Position numbers and translations under genes: made by a program | Part shown: one piece after another, positions 14,855 to 24,575 of the stretch | Position numbering within the stretch: position 1 is the stretch's first letter | Layout: every line of letters starts with the position of its first letter | NCBI GenBank assembly: GCA_032718475.1 | Contig: JAUCBJ010005154.1 | Span: 1 to 42,448, forward strand | DNA: 42,448 bases | Reading direction: 5' to 3' | DNA from: Nemertoderma westbladi | Taxonomy: Eukaryota; Animalia; Xenacoelomorpha | Notes under the pieces: generated by a model | Seen by the model: the letters and a program-made list of their open reading frames with translations, nothing else | Told to the model about the DNA's origin: nothing | The model's database searches: none

Positions 14855-15864
14855 ATAAATAAAACAAAAAACAAAAGATGAGTCCAGAAAATGTCATATT
14901 AAAATTTTCAATTTTTTCTTATAGGCCTACATACACAGTCATGCTCACCCATTCTACATTTTTTATTTTAGCTAGATTACACATTCATTTAGTTCAAGGC
15001 GTTCTAGAACTAGTTCTGGAACGCCTTGATTTAGTTTCTAGAACAAATAATTTTTTTATTGTTGTAGAATATTTGATTTCATAATTTTGAAAATTAAAAT
15101 AATTTTTTTACAATTTTTTTAGCAATTTTTAAACTGATTTTTGTGTTAAAAACTATTCACAACAAATTATATACAATTAATTTTAGCTTGTGTTTTTATG
15201 ATATCTAGTGTTTTATTTAAAAAATATTTTCAGTAAAATATTTAATAATCATAATTTATAAAATATATATTTGTTCCATCTTGAACATTTTCAAAATAAA
15301 TGTAACAAAAACTTCTAGTACAAAACATTTGAGAGGGGTGAGGGCATTTTTCTGCCTTGGGTACCCATTTTTTACCAATTATTTTAACCATGTTAATTCC
15401 TATTATACTTTCACATAGAATAATGTAACAACAACGAGGGGTTAAGAATGGCATAATAAAATAAATTATTATTAGTTGGAAAAACTTGAAGTCGGTAATT
15501 TCTTAACCAAAATTGGTTAGCTGTAAAGCCAAAATAATACACAAGCTAACGTTCTGGAACATTTAAACGGTAGTGATATTGTAGGGTTGGCGTGAAGAAG
15601 CAAAAATAAAAAATAAAAATGTATTATAATTTTCACGAAATAATTAATTTATTTAATTTAAGCCCCACAGATTGTGTTCACTAGGATACCACTGATACCA
15701 GGTAGCTAAATGGGCTCTTTTACTAAAACGTTTACTTTTTAATAAATACTGCAGACACTATAAATACAAACCCGAACCGCATTCTAAATAAACTTCTTAA
15801 CAAAATTCAACAATTAATTGAAAAAAATAAAAACAATAAAATCAAATCAATTTTTGTTCTGTAG

Positions 15865-15911
15865 ATTCCAAACCAACACTCTCCCCCAACTCATCTGAAT
15901 CCATTCAGTGA
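15865..15911 (+). CDS. Candidate short terminal exon (DSKPTLSPNSSESIQ*) of the 13794 membrane-protein gene
   Basis: Acceptor tttttgttctgtag ends at 15864. Joining in phase 1 gives an open frame to TGA at 15909-15911 (~125 aa in total). A weaker alternative acceptor (ctgcag, ~15754) exists. Confidence 0.3.
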
Positions 15912-16339
15912 ATTTAATTGGAGTTAATATCAATTGAAAGATTTGGTGACGTCACTAGATATAATTACAGACTCGGTTTGGATGTCATTCATTTTATAAC
16001 AACAAGACAAGATGAAATGGGCATCAGTACAAAATGAAGTGTTTACTAATAATAATAAAATTGAGATGCAAACAATTGACGGTATATGTACAATGTGTAC
16101 CAACACCTACAAACTGTAAGGAATGACACGACCAAAGGGCATGATTACGAGGATGATGTTGGAATTAATTATGCTATAAGTAGCCTATAGGCCCATTCCT
16201 ACAGCCTCGTAATGGTAAAGAGTAACTCGTCAAACTGAAAGTCCGCGTAATAAAAGCAAACAAATCACTTTAATTATCATGGATAATAATTACTTGATAC
16301 GTCTTCTCAGATTTAACTATTACAGTACTAAACTGTATA

Positions 16340-16982
16340 CACCGTGTCCCAGAATATAGTGTCGTAAATCAGTGACACACCCCGACCCCTAGTTTTTCTA
16401 CAAATCGTAATGAGATTGCATGAAATTTGAAACAAAGATAGTATCACCTCCCGACCACTGACTGGGTGAACCAGAATTTTTATTTTTGTTTTCAATCTTT
16501 AGCTACAAGCGTTTAAAACAAGTGTCTCCAGCGATATTACACCAGTTACACCGCAGTTATTCTTCTACCTTATAGCTGTTTGTTGGTACCAATGAAAAGC
16601 TGGCCATGCAAGGATTCCAAATGTTGCATGGTTTCGCGCGAGGCTATTTTATTATATTTAATAAATAAACCATATTCTGGAATATTTTTTAAATGTATGA
16701 ATAGCTACGTAATAGTGTGATTAAAGATGTAATGCATTGTTGCCCAGCTACGTATTTGGATAAACAAAAATTTCCAGATTATGGTTTATTTATTAAATAG
16801 AATAAAATAGCCTCGCGCAGGTGCATAACCACGCAAAATTTGAACGCCCATATCTCAGCTATTTTTCAACGAAATTCAAATTGTGTTACATATTTGGAAT
16901 CCTTGCATGACCAGCTTTCCATTGGTACCAACAAACAGCTATAAGGTCACTGAATTACGACACTATATTCTGGGACACGGTG
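16340..16982. mobile_element. Tc1/mariner-type MITE with ~37-bp TIRs and TA target duplication
   Basis: TA|CACCGTGTCCCAGAATATAGTGTCGTAAATCAGTGAC ... GTCACTGAATTACGACACTATATTCTGGGACACGGTG|TA. Additional internal inverted repeats at ~16567-16622/16892-16947 and ~16635-16690/16766-16818. No transposase ORF. Confidence 0.85.
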
Positions 16983-17019
16983 TACAGCTGTACAGGTACA
17001 TGGTTCCCCCCTAAATATA

Positions 17020-17446
17020 TCTACAAATATTAATGAGATTACATGAAATTTGAAACAGAGATAGTTTCACCTCCCTCCTCCTTAAGGCCATGATACACTA
17101 TAGGAGCCGCGAGCGGCAGCGGCCATTTGCGGTGTATCATCGCCCATAGAGAATAGCTGTGGTGTATCATCGCCCATAGAGAATACCTGTGGTGTATCAT
17201 CGCCCATAGAGAATACCTGTGGTGTATCATCGCCCATAGAGAATAGCTGTGGTGTATCATCGCCCATAGAGAATAGCTGTGGTGTATCATCGCCCATAGA
17301 GAATACCTGTGGTGTATCATCGCCCATAGAGAATACCTGTGGTGTATCATCGCCCATAGAGAATACCTGTGGTGTATCATCGCCCATAGAGAATACCTGT
17401 GGTGTATCATGGCCTTTAGTGGGTGAGTCAGAATTTTTATTTTTAT
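17020..17446. mobile_element. Partial diverged copy of the internal region of the 16340 MITE, interrupted by a Harbinger-type MITE
   Basis: CTACAAAT..TAATGAGATT.CATGAAATTTGAAACA.AGATAGT.TCACCTCCC...TGGGTGA..CAGAATTTTTATTTTT matches 16397-16487 once the insert is removed. Confidence 0.75.
17085..17415. mobile_element. PIF/Harbinger-type MITE (14-bp TIR AGGCCATGATACAC, TTA TSD) carrying a 30-bp minisatellite (~9 copies, 17131-17410)
   Basis: TTA(17082-84)|AGGCCATGATACAC ... GTGTATCATGGCCT|TTA(17416-18). A 3-bp TWA TSD is typical of PIF/Harbinger. Confidence 0.85.
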
Positions 17447-17737
17447 AAGTTATATACAATTTCCTATTAAATATTTGATTTACGTTGGTTTAATAAAAAA
17501 TAGATAGTAAAAGTAAAAATCATTAGTTCAACAAAAATACCTGTATTTACATTGTCTTATACGAAATCAATAACAATGCTTTACACACGGGGAAGGTCTA
17601 AAATACAAGTCGGATAGTTATTGTTATAATTATTTCGTAAATAAATAAGTTTATTATTTATAAGTAATATATATTTTATTAGACACCATTTTATTAAAAT
17701 AAAACCTGAGCACAATATAAAACCCCTCAGCAACCCT

Positions 17738-18319
17738 TCAACTGGAGTTACCGAAATAGGCTGAGGATAACGGGGGTTGTTTATCATTGGTTGTAGCTAT
17801 GGTAACCCTAGGAGAATCTCTGGGAGAGCGGATACGTGTAGAACTAACGGGAATAGCGGTAATTCTAGCATCGCCCGTCCCATTGGTGGGTCTCAACCCG
17901 TCCGCAACCCCCGGGGAGCTCACCCTCAACCCATCCGCGATACCCCCTTGCAGACCCCGCCCTCCCTCGGCGCCGCCCACTGTCCCGGTACTGCGAGTTG
18001 TCTCGTTACTGCGGCCACCCAGCGGCGGCCCCTGGTACAACGCGTGATGCGGTTGTCTAGGTAACGCGACCCTAGATGACCTCTGACTCATCTGGACTTC
18101 GTTAACCTGTCGATTCAACCAGTTAATAACGTCCTCGTTCTTTTTGTTCGTCTCCTGCGATTCATCGAGTTTCCTTTTGTACTCCAGGAGTTCCTCCTGT
18201 ATTCGTCGATGTTGAATTTCCTCGTCTTCCACTCGGCGTTGCAAACGGATATTATCCTCGTTCAGTCTCGATATCTTATCGTCTCGATCAACTAAAACCT
18301 TCTCTTGTTGAGTTACAAC
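17738..18319 (-). CDS. SASS6: Spindle assembly abnormal protein 6 homolog (SAS-6), exon 2 (terminal)
   Basis: Acceptor aatacag|GTTGTA at 18320/18319, phase 0, in frame with ORF 17738-18244. The joined sequence KVKLKNQ|VVTQQEKVL ... KKNEDVINWLNRQVNE matches the conserved end of the SAS-6 coiled coil, followed by a disordered tail. Confidence 0.88.
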   Translation of the reverse strand, partial: VVTQQEKVLVDRDDKISRLNEDNIRLQRRVEDEEIQHRRIQEELLEYKRKLDESQETNKKNEDVINWLNRQVNEVQMSQRSSRVALPRQPHHALYQGPPLGGRSNETTRSTGTVGGAEGGRGLQGGIADGLRVSSPGVADGLRPTNGTGDARITAIPVSSTRIRSPRDSPRVTIATTNDKQPPLSSAYFGNSS

Positions 18320-19717
18320 CTGTATTGAGTTACATTACTAAAGTTAACATAAACATAAATATGGGGAAACTATAGGCCTCCCAGCGGCAAAAATGAACTC
18401 TGTTATTCCGGAAAAAAATTCCGGGGGGTAATTGATTGGAAGTCAACATTTTGAAATTCTGCTCTAAAGTAATATACAAAGTATATAAATATAAAGTAAT
18501 AAACTGTACATAAATAGAAAACAGTATTAAGATACATTTTGGGTGGACTATATATATTGAATTGTAATATATTAAAAAAAATCGTTTTTGACGCCCCCTA
18601 GCGGACACAGCCAAAATATATAATTTTGGATTTGTTGTAACCTGATTTTTTTGGAATCAGCATAGTCGATTACATGAAAAAAATAGAGCATAATTTTTTT
18701 TCAAAGAAAATACAGCTATTTTCAAAATCATTTTTAAAAAAGCACTGCCTTTTTCGTAAAAAGTGAACAATTGAACAATTATTGCAAAACTAAAAAAAAA
18801 TCTCGAATTTTATTATTGCGCTTTCATTTATTACTGCTTTATTACTTGCTATTATTACTGCTAGCTACTGCTAGCTTTCATTTGATACGAAAAACTTATA
18901 AATTGGTTGAAAAATGGCGGAGGAGTAGTAATTTAAAAATGATGAAATGCCATTCCGAGATAATTGCTATTAAAGTTTCGAGCCAAACTGTCTATTAATA
19001 TCTAAGAATGTCTGTCAATACATATCTATCTAGCAACAAGAAAGCACAACACCGTGCCAATATTTTTGCTACGGGGGTTTTCCTGGTCGCAGATTTCATT
19101 TCTGAGGTTAGTTTTTACTCTTATTAATGAAATATAGTTAGTCAGTATGAATGTCTGTATGTCTATCTGACTGACCAACAATCTGGCCGTCAAATATAAG
19201 TAAAGGGCACACAATCTGCCTATAGGGGTTTATCTGGTCGAGGAATTCATTTTGAGGACCAGTTTTAACATTTAATGACTTCAAAATTGGCTGTTTGGCT
19301 GTCTGTTATATTTGACGGACAGAATGACAGTCATACAGGCAGAAACAACGGGGTCAAATTTGAATACTAAAATGGGAAATTAACTCAACCAAGAAAACTC
19401 ATATAGGAAAGTTTTAGGCAAACAGTATGCTTTCTATTGCTTTGGAGACATATTGACGGACAGACTGACAGTCAAACGGAGAGACAGCCATATCTCGAGA
19501 AGTTATAGAGATATTGCTAAACGGTTTTGAAATTTGAATCTTTATAAAAATCTGGTCTAGATGAAATTAAAAAAATAAGTACAAAAAACAAAGTTACGGT
19601 ACCGTACCGGTAACTACTCCTGCTAGGAACTTTTATACAAAAGGTTTCAATTTCAATTATTAGGCCTAAATGTGCGGTAAAATGCATTTGAGTACTGGTA
19701 ATGTACTATATACCATC

Positions 19718-20234
19718 ACTACACGAAGTGGGGACTTCGCGCAGCACGAAGTTGGCAGAGCCTTAGCGAATTGACACTGTTAGGGGGTAGGTCAATTTAT
19801 GCAAATAGTCACGTTGGCCCTCTAGCGGCAGACTGGAGAACTGCAGATGGATTCGCCTCCTTTGAAAGTCACAGCTAATGGTCTAATACATATCTGCCAA
19901 GTTTCAGCTTAAACGGATTAAAAGCAAAGAAATGGGAGGGCATTTAATGTTTAGACATGTGGCCCTCTAGCGGGAGACCATTGCACTGATGGTGTCTGAA
20001 AGTCTCTCAAAAATCTCAACTTTTGCTCATATTGATACCTACAAATTTTCAACTTGGCAGCTTTAAATCCGACAAAGTTATTAGCATGTCAAAATCGTAA
20101 CGACGACGACGACGACAACGACGACGACGACGACAACGACGACGACGACAACTATTTGCATAAATTGACCCACCCCCTAACAGTGTCAATTCGCTAAGGC
20201 TCCGCCAACTTCGTGGCTCGCCCCACAACACTAA
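19718..20234 (-). mobile_element. Non-autonomous Helentron-associated element (HINE/DINE-1-like)
   Basis: 65-bp subterminal inverted repeats at 19745-19809 and 20151-20215 (2 mismatches), a (GAC)n microsatellite at 20101-20150 just inside one arm, and a short terminal hairpin CGAAGT-GGGG-ACTTCG at 19724-19739 outside the other. This is the known HINE layout. Confidence 0.7.
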
Positions 20235-20479
20235 AGCATTGACCTGTTAAATTACATTCTGAAGTACTGCTGACTAAACCATTTAACAGTGTCATTAATT
20301 AATTAATTCATAATAATTAATAATTAAATGCTTGAGTTAAATGAATTAAAATAATTAATTCATAATAATGCTAGTGGTTGATTATGTTATACGCATGTCC
20401 TTAGACCATCATGATAAAAGATGGGGTGAGGGTAACACACCCTACAGGCTCAAGAAGTCGAGTAAATCCATCCAAGTAT

Positions 20480-21275
20480 CCTATTAGGATACCTAAAGAC
20501 ATTGCTAATATTTAGGATTACTGACAGAATCACTCCTTAGAAGGAGCCCAGAGGTTGAACTCATTGGTGCAGGCGGCTGCTTCTAGTCTTGGTCTTTTTG
20601 TAAACACCAAGAAGACCAAAATGTTGACGGTTAACTTCGACAATCCGCAGAAATATCTGATCTTATGATGATCATAAACTCCAAGGATGGTGAATTGAGC
20701 ATGTGGATGACTTCTGCTATATACTAAGGATGAATTCCAGGTCCTTATCATGGATCCGGAAGTCAGGTGAAGACCTTTTGATACGCAAGGGGAAGCCATG
20801 ATCAGCATCAGCATTGAATGGGCTGACCAGGATTAGAAAGCTGGATTTGAATCAAATAAATAAAATAAAATGCTGTTCGGTCATTTAGAGCAGCATCAGA
20901 ACTAGTACTCCTTTGTATGTGGGTGCCCTCGCTGGGTCCTAACAACGGCTGATGAATGCTACGTCAGGTACATTGTGTCAAGTATAATGAACTCATCTCC
21001 AACCAAACACAGTATTATAACAACATTGGAGCTTGGAGGTGTCTCATTGGACCCCCCAAGCCTAAGGTTGACACTTGAACGGAGCCGCCTCCACTTCGCA
21101 GGACATTACCTTCGCCGTGAGGACCAGCCAGTGCGTAATCTTGTACTTAGGTAGCACCCATGGAGAAAATAAGCACTTTCTTAGACGCCTCTTAAAGGAC
21201 ACTGGCCTAAAAGATGCAGATAATCTCGAGAAAGTCATGGGGGATAGGGAACTGTTGCGGCGCAACTTTGTTGAT
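20480..21275 (+). pseudogene. Decayed 3' part of an RTE/RTEX-like non-LTR retrotransposon (RT thumb and C-terminus), antisense to SAS-6
   Basis: Fragmentary translations AQRLNSLVQAAASSLGLFVNTKKTKMLTVN (~20545-20635), FRAASELVLL (~20885), FAGHYLRREDQPVRNLVL (~21095) and RLLKDTGLKDADNLEKVMGDRELLR (~21185-21260) occur in the usual RTE ORF order, separated by stops and frameshifts. Confidence 0.75.
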
Positions 21276-21744
21276 ATGATAAACCAAAATAACATTTTTA
21301 ATATATTTAAATGCTGCATCCTTTAGTGGTCGATAAATGGGAACCAAGGCAAGTTGGGAAACAGAGTGGAGGGGTTCACTGTGGAAGATCACCCATGGTG
21401 GCTTAACGAGTCTAAAATATTCTCCCATTCATTCAATATATTTAAATGTATCTTTAAACTATGTATAATGCAGCATACCGATAGTAGTAGTACAGGGTTG
21501 ACTACCTTGTAGTAGTAGTAGCAGTAAAAGCATATTTAATAGTATAGTTGTAGTCCAGGCTAGCATATAAATAAAGGAAAATGATATATCCGAGAACAAA
21601 AAGGGATACAGGGGAAGAAGGAACCGCTGGGAGGCCAGAAAATAAGGACATTGTAAAAGGCCTTGTCACATGAATATTTATGTCAACATGACAGTGATAT
21701 AAACGTAAAAATGGGAAGGTAACGGTATTCATTTTGATAAATTT

Positions 21745-21953
21745 CGCCATCTACCGGCAGACCTGAGAACTGCTCCCACACAATGACACATCTATTGGCC
21801 TCGTACCGTACGTAACTACGTAAGTTTCAGATTGAAAGGATTAAAAGCAAACAAATAGAGGGACATTTAGCCCTCTAGCGGATCTAGAGGAATCTTGAAT
21901 TGGTGTCTGAAAGTGTGAAAAGAAATCTCAACTTTGCTCCTGTTGATGTCTAC
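21745..21953 (-). mobile_element. Diverged internal fragment related to the 19718-20234 element
   Basis: Shares AAGTTTCAG.TT.AA.GGATTAAAAGCAAA, GCCCTCTAGCGG, TGGTGTCTGAAAGT and AAATCTCAACTTT in the same order as 19817-20043. Confidence 0.65.
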
Positions 21954-21979
21954 ATCTCGTCTCGACTACTAATCACTTA

Positions 21980-22520
21980 AACCTGGTTTAGTAGTTCCAT
22001 GTTCTAACGCGGTTCCGTTTAACTGGTTCTTTAGTTCTACGTTCCCCACGCCGTTCCCCCTACCTGGTTCTTTAGTTATAAGTTCCTCACGCCGTTCCAC
22101 CTAAATGTTTTTTTAGTTCTACGTTCCCCACGCCGTTCTCCCTACCTGGTTCTTTACTTCTACGTTCCTCACGACGTTCCACCTACCTGGTTCTTTAGGT
22201 TTACGTTCCTCACGCCGTTCTCCCTACCTGGTTCTTTAGTTCTACGTTCCGCACGCCGTCCCATCTACCTGGTTCTTTAGTCCTACGTTCCTCACGCCGT
22301 TCTCCCTACCTGGTTCTTTAGTCCTACGTTCCTCACGCCGTTCCCCCTACCTGGTTCTTTAGTTCTACGTTCCTCACGCCGTTCCACCTACCTGGTTCTT
22401 TAGTCCTACGTTCCTCACGCCGTTCCCCCTACCTGGTTCTTTAGTTATACGTTCCTCACACCGTTCCACCTACCTGGTTCTTTAGTTATACGTTCCTCAC
22501 GCCGTTCCCCCTACCTGGTT
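21980..22520 (-). repeat. 41-bp minisatellite (~13 copies) whose unit includes the SAS-6 exon 1 splice donor
   Basis: Minus-strand unit GTAGGGGGAACGGCGTGAGGAACGTAGAACTAAAGAACCAG; period 41 (22142, 22183, ...). Copies degrade away from the exon. Confidence 0.92.
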
Positions 22521-23729
22521 TTTTAACTTCACCTTCTGCGCGGCGTTCCGCAGTTCGTTCTGCTGCCGCTTTATTATCTCGTTGGCCTTAATGAGGTCGT
22601 CCGCGGTTGATCGAACGCTTGACTCGAGTTTGTTTACCAACTCGAGTCGCTGTTCGCAGAGCCGTTCCGCCTGACGTTTCTGTTCAGCTGTCGACTCCAA
22701 CAGCAGCCCAGTGGATCTGAGAACCTCCGACTTGTCTTTAACCTCCTGTTCCAGAACGGCGACGCGCGTTCTGTACCCGTTGGCTTCCCGTTGGGATTCC
22801 GCTACACCGTTCCGCAACTCGACCAGCTGTTCCTTCGCGTCTGTGGCCTCGTTCCGCGTACGTTCCGCCTCGTTCCGCGCCGCGTCCAACCGACCCGAGA
22901 GGTCCCGCACCTCCGACTCGCTGGCGTACCGGGATTCCGTCAGCTGGTTGCCGGACTCCTCCAACTCGCGAATCCGTCGCTCTTGCTGCCCGATAACCAA
23001 CTCGAGTTTGGTGGAGACCTCCAGTCGCTCCCTATCGCCAACGGTCCGCAGGTCGCCTAGGGCCGCCACGTAGCGCTCTTTTTCCGCCGCTAATTCCGCC
23101 GCCGATTCAGACCGTAGTTTGGCGCCCTGGGTCGTCCAATCAGAACGGAGTTCCGCTAACTGCGAAGACTTCTCCGCTAACTCCGACTCCCGAAGTCGTA
23201 GTCGTTCCGATAACTCGCCTCTCGTCGAATCTAGAACACGCGACAACTCGCCGCACTCTAGCTTGAGACTCAGCAAACACCCCGCAAGGTATTTCTTTAA
23301 ATCCGAGTCGTTGGCCGCGCGGAGTCGCAGACTCAAATGGGTGAGGTGTTTAAAGGGGTTCGTCTCGACAACGTTAAGGAAACCGCCTCCTAAAGCGATA
23401 CTGAGGAACTTTAGGATGAACTTTGGGTTCTCGGTGCTGTGCTGATCGCGACAAATCTTTAAGAGTTCGATTAATTTAGTCGGAAAGGAAGGGAAGTCTA
23501 CAAGAAGTCCTTGTTCAGATTTCAGTATGTGGAAGTCGTCTTCGCCAAGGTTTATTATGTAGAGGTAGTATGGATCGTTCTCCGACGTTAGTCGGAGAAT
23601 CAACTCCTTTCGATGGGACGGTGTGTCGGTCGTCTGAACCTCCATGTTAACGTTAATTGTTTGTTGACGTTCGATTCCTTCTACTGTTACCAGAGTTATG
23701 TTTATTGCACTGCTATACAGATTCTCCAT
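22515..23729 (-). CDS. SASS6: SAS-6 exon 1 (N-terminal head/PISA domain plus coiled coil); full protein ~598 aa
   Basis: ATG at 23729 (MENLYS). Motifs RLTSENDPYYLY, EDDFHILKSEQGLLVDFPSFPTKLIELL and LNVVETNPFKHLTHLSLRL are diagnostic of the SAS-6 head. A long coiled coil follows; donor at 22515/22514, phase 0. Confidence 0.93.
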
Positions 23730-24354
23730 ATCAAAAATGACACCGAAGCTCAACGTTCAACTTTTTCAACGTTTATGTTCAATTTGCTATATAAATACTG
23801 AAATAAGGTACCGGTAACTGACGGGCTGACGGGTATTTACGATACGATGTTAAATTACGATGAAGTAATATTAAAAAATTATTTGTAATCTTTTGTAAAC
23901 GAATAATGTTAATTGTTTTTGTATTCCCATGGTTTTGAACCGACTGACAACTACATAACTACTGTACCGGTACTGTAAGAAATCGAGGTTGCTTAATGTT
24001 AGATATTTCACCTGCTAGCGGTGGTTAAATTCACATATTTTGATCGTATTTAATGTCCGGTCCTACGAATTACCCCGAAATACCCCAAAACACCAAAAAT
24101 CAAACTCAGGATTTATTAAGTTAAAGGCGACAAAAACTTATGACGAATTATTGTGAATTAATATATAATATAATTATATATGGCAGTAGTATTTGTTAAT
24201 TAACTAAACCCAATACAAATGGTGTCAAATGGTAACAAATAACACCAGACATTAGTGAATATGACAATATAATTGTGATTTACCTGTTTAATACGCAAGG
24301 AGTAGGCAGGCTGCAGGCCTAAGTAAAATTTCCAAGTAATAAAAGTGATTTCCC

Positions 24355-24575
24355 CCAAGCGACACCCTTCTGGCAATTGGGCTGAACCGACACACCTTTT
24401 GGCTATGGGAGAGTGTTAGCCAATGAGGTGAGCTTATTGAAGAAACAGCCAATTAAAAGCCCAGAAATACTTCCATAGGCTGAAGCGACACCCCAATTGG
24501 AAATATGCTTCCCGTATTGCCCGTGCCGCCTATAAATATGACCGCATATTGGTATTTTATTCAGCAGTAGTCATT
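24355..24575 (+). promoter_or_regulatory. Candidate Pol II promoter (CCAAT boxes, TATA box) divergent from SAS-6
   Basis: CCAAT at ~24420, ~24449 and ~24493, plus ATTGG at ~24376; three AA(G/C)CGACAC(C/A)C motifs; CCTATAAATA at ~24529-24538 with TCAG/TCATTC initiator-like sequences ~25-35 nt downstream. No convincing downstream CDS. Confidence 0.4.

Larger units (their letters stand above)
18320..22514 (-). other. SASS6: Single 4195-bp GT-AG intron of SAS-6, filled with TE remnants and a minisatellite
   Basis: Donor CAG|GTAGGG and acceptor TACAG|G give an in-frame join of two SAS-6-homologous exons. Confidence 0.85.

Noticed and set aside
17039-17459. Repetitive ORFs MIHHRYSLWA / DDTPQVFSMG
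   Set aside because: Translations of the 30-bp minisatellite inside the Harbinger-type MITE.
22711-23445. Plus-strand ORFs overlapping SAS-6, and similar antisense ORFs over CRAT and the retroelement ORFs
   Set aside because: Shadow ORFs of GC-rich coding sequence on the opposite strand or in another frame.
23730-23753. TTG-initiated N-terminal extension of SAS-6 in the ORF track, and the VGGTA* C-terminus at 22497-22514
   Set aside because: The eukaryotic start is the ATG at 23729; the tail is intron read-through past the donor.
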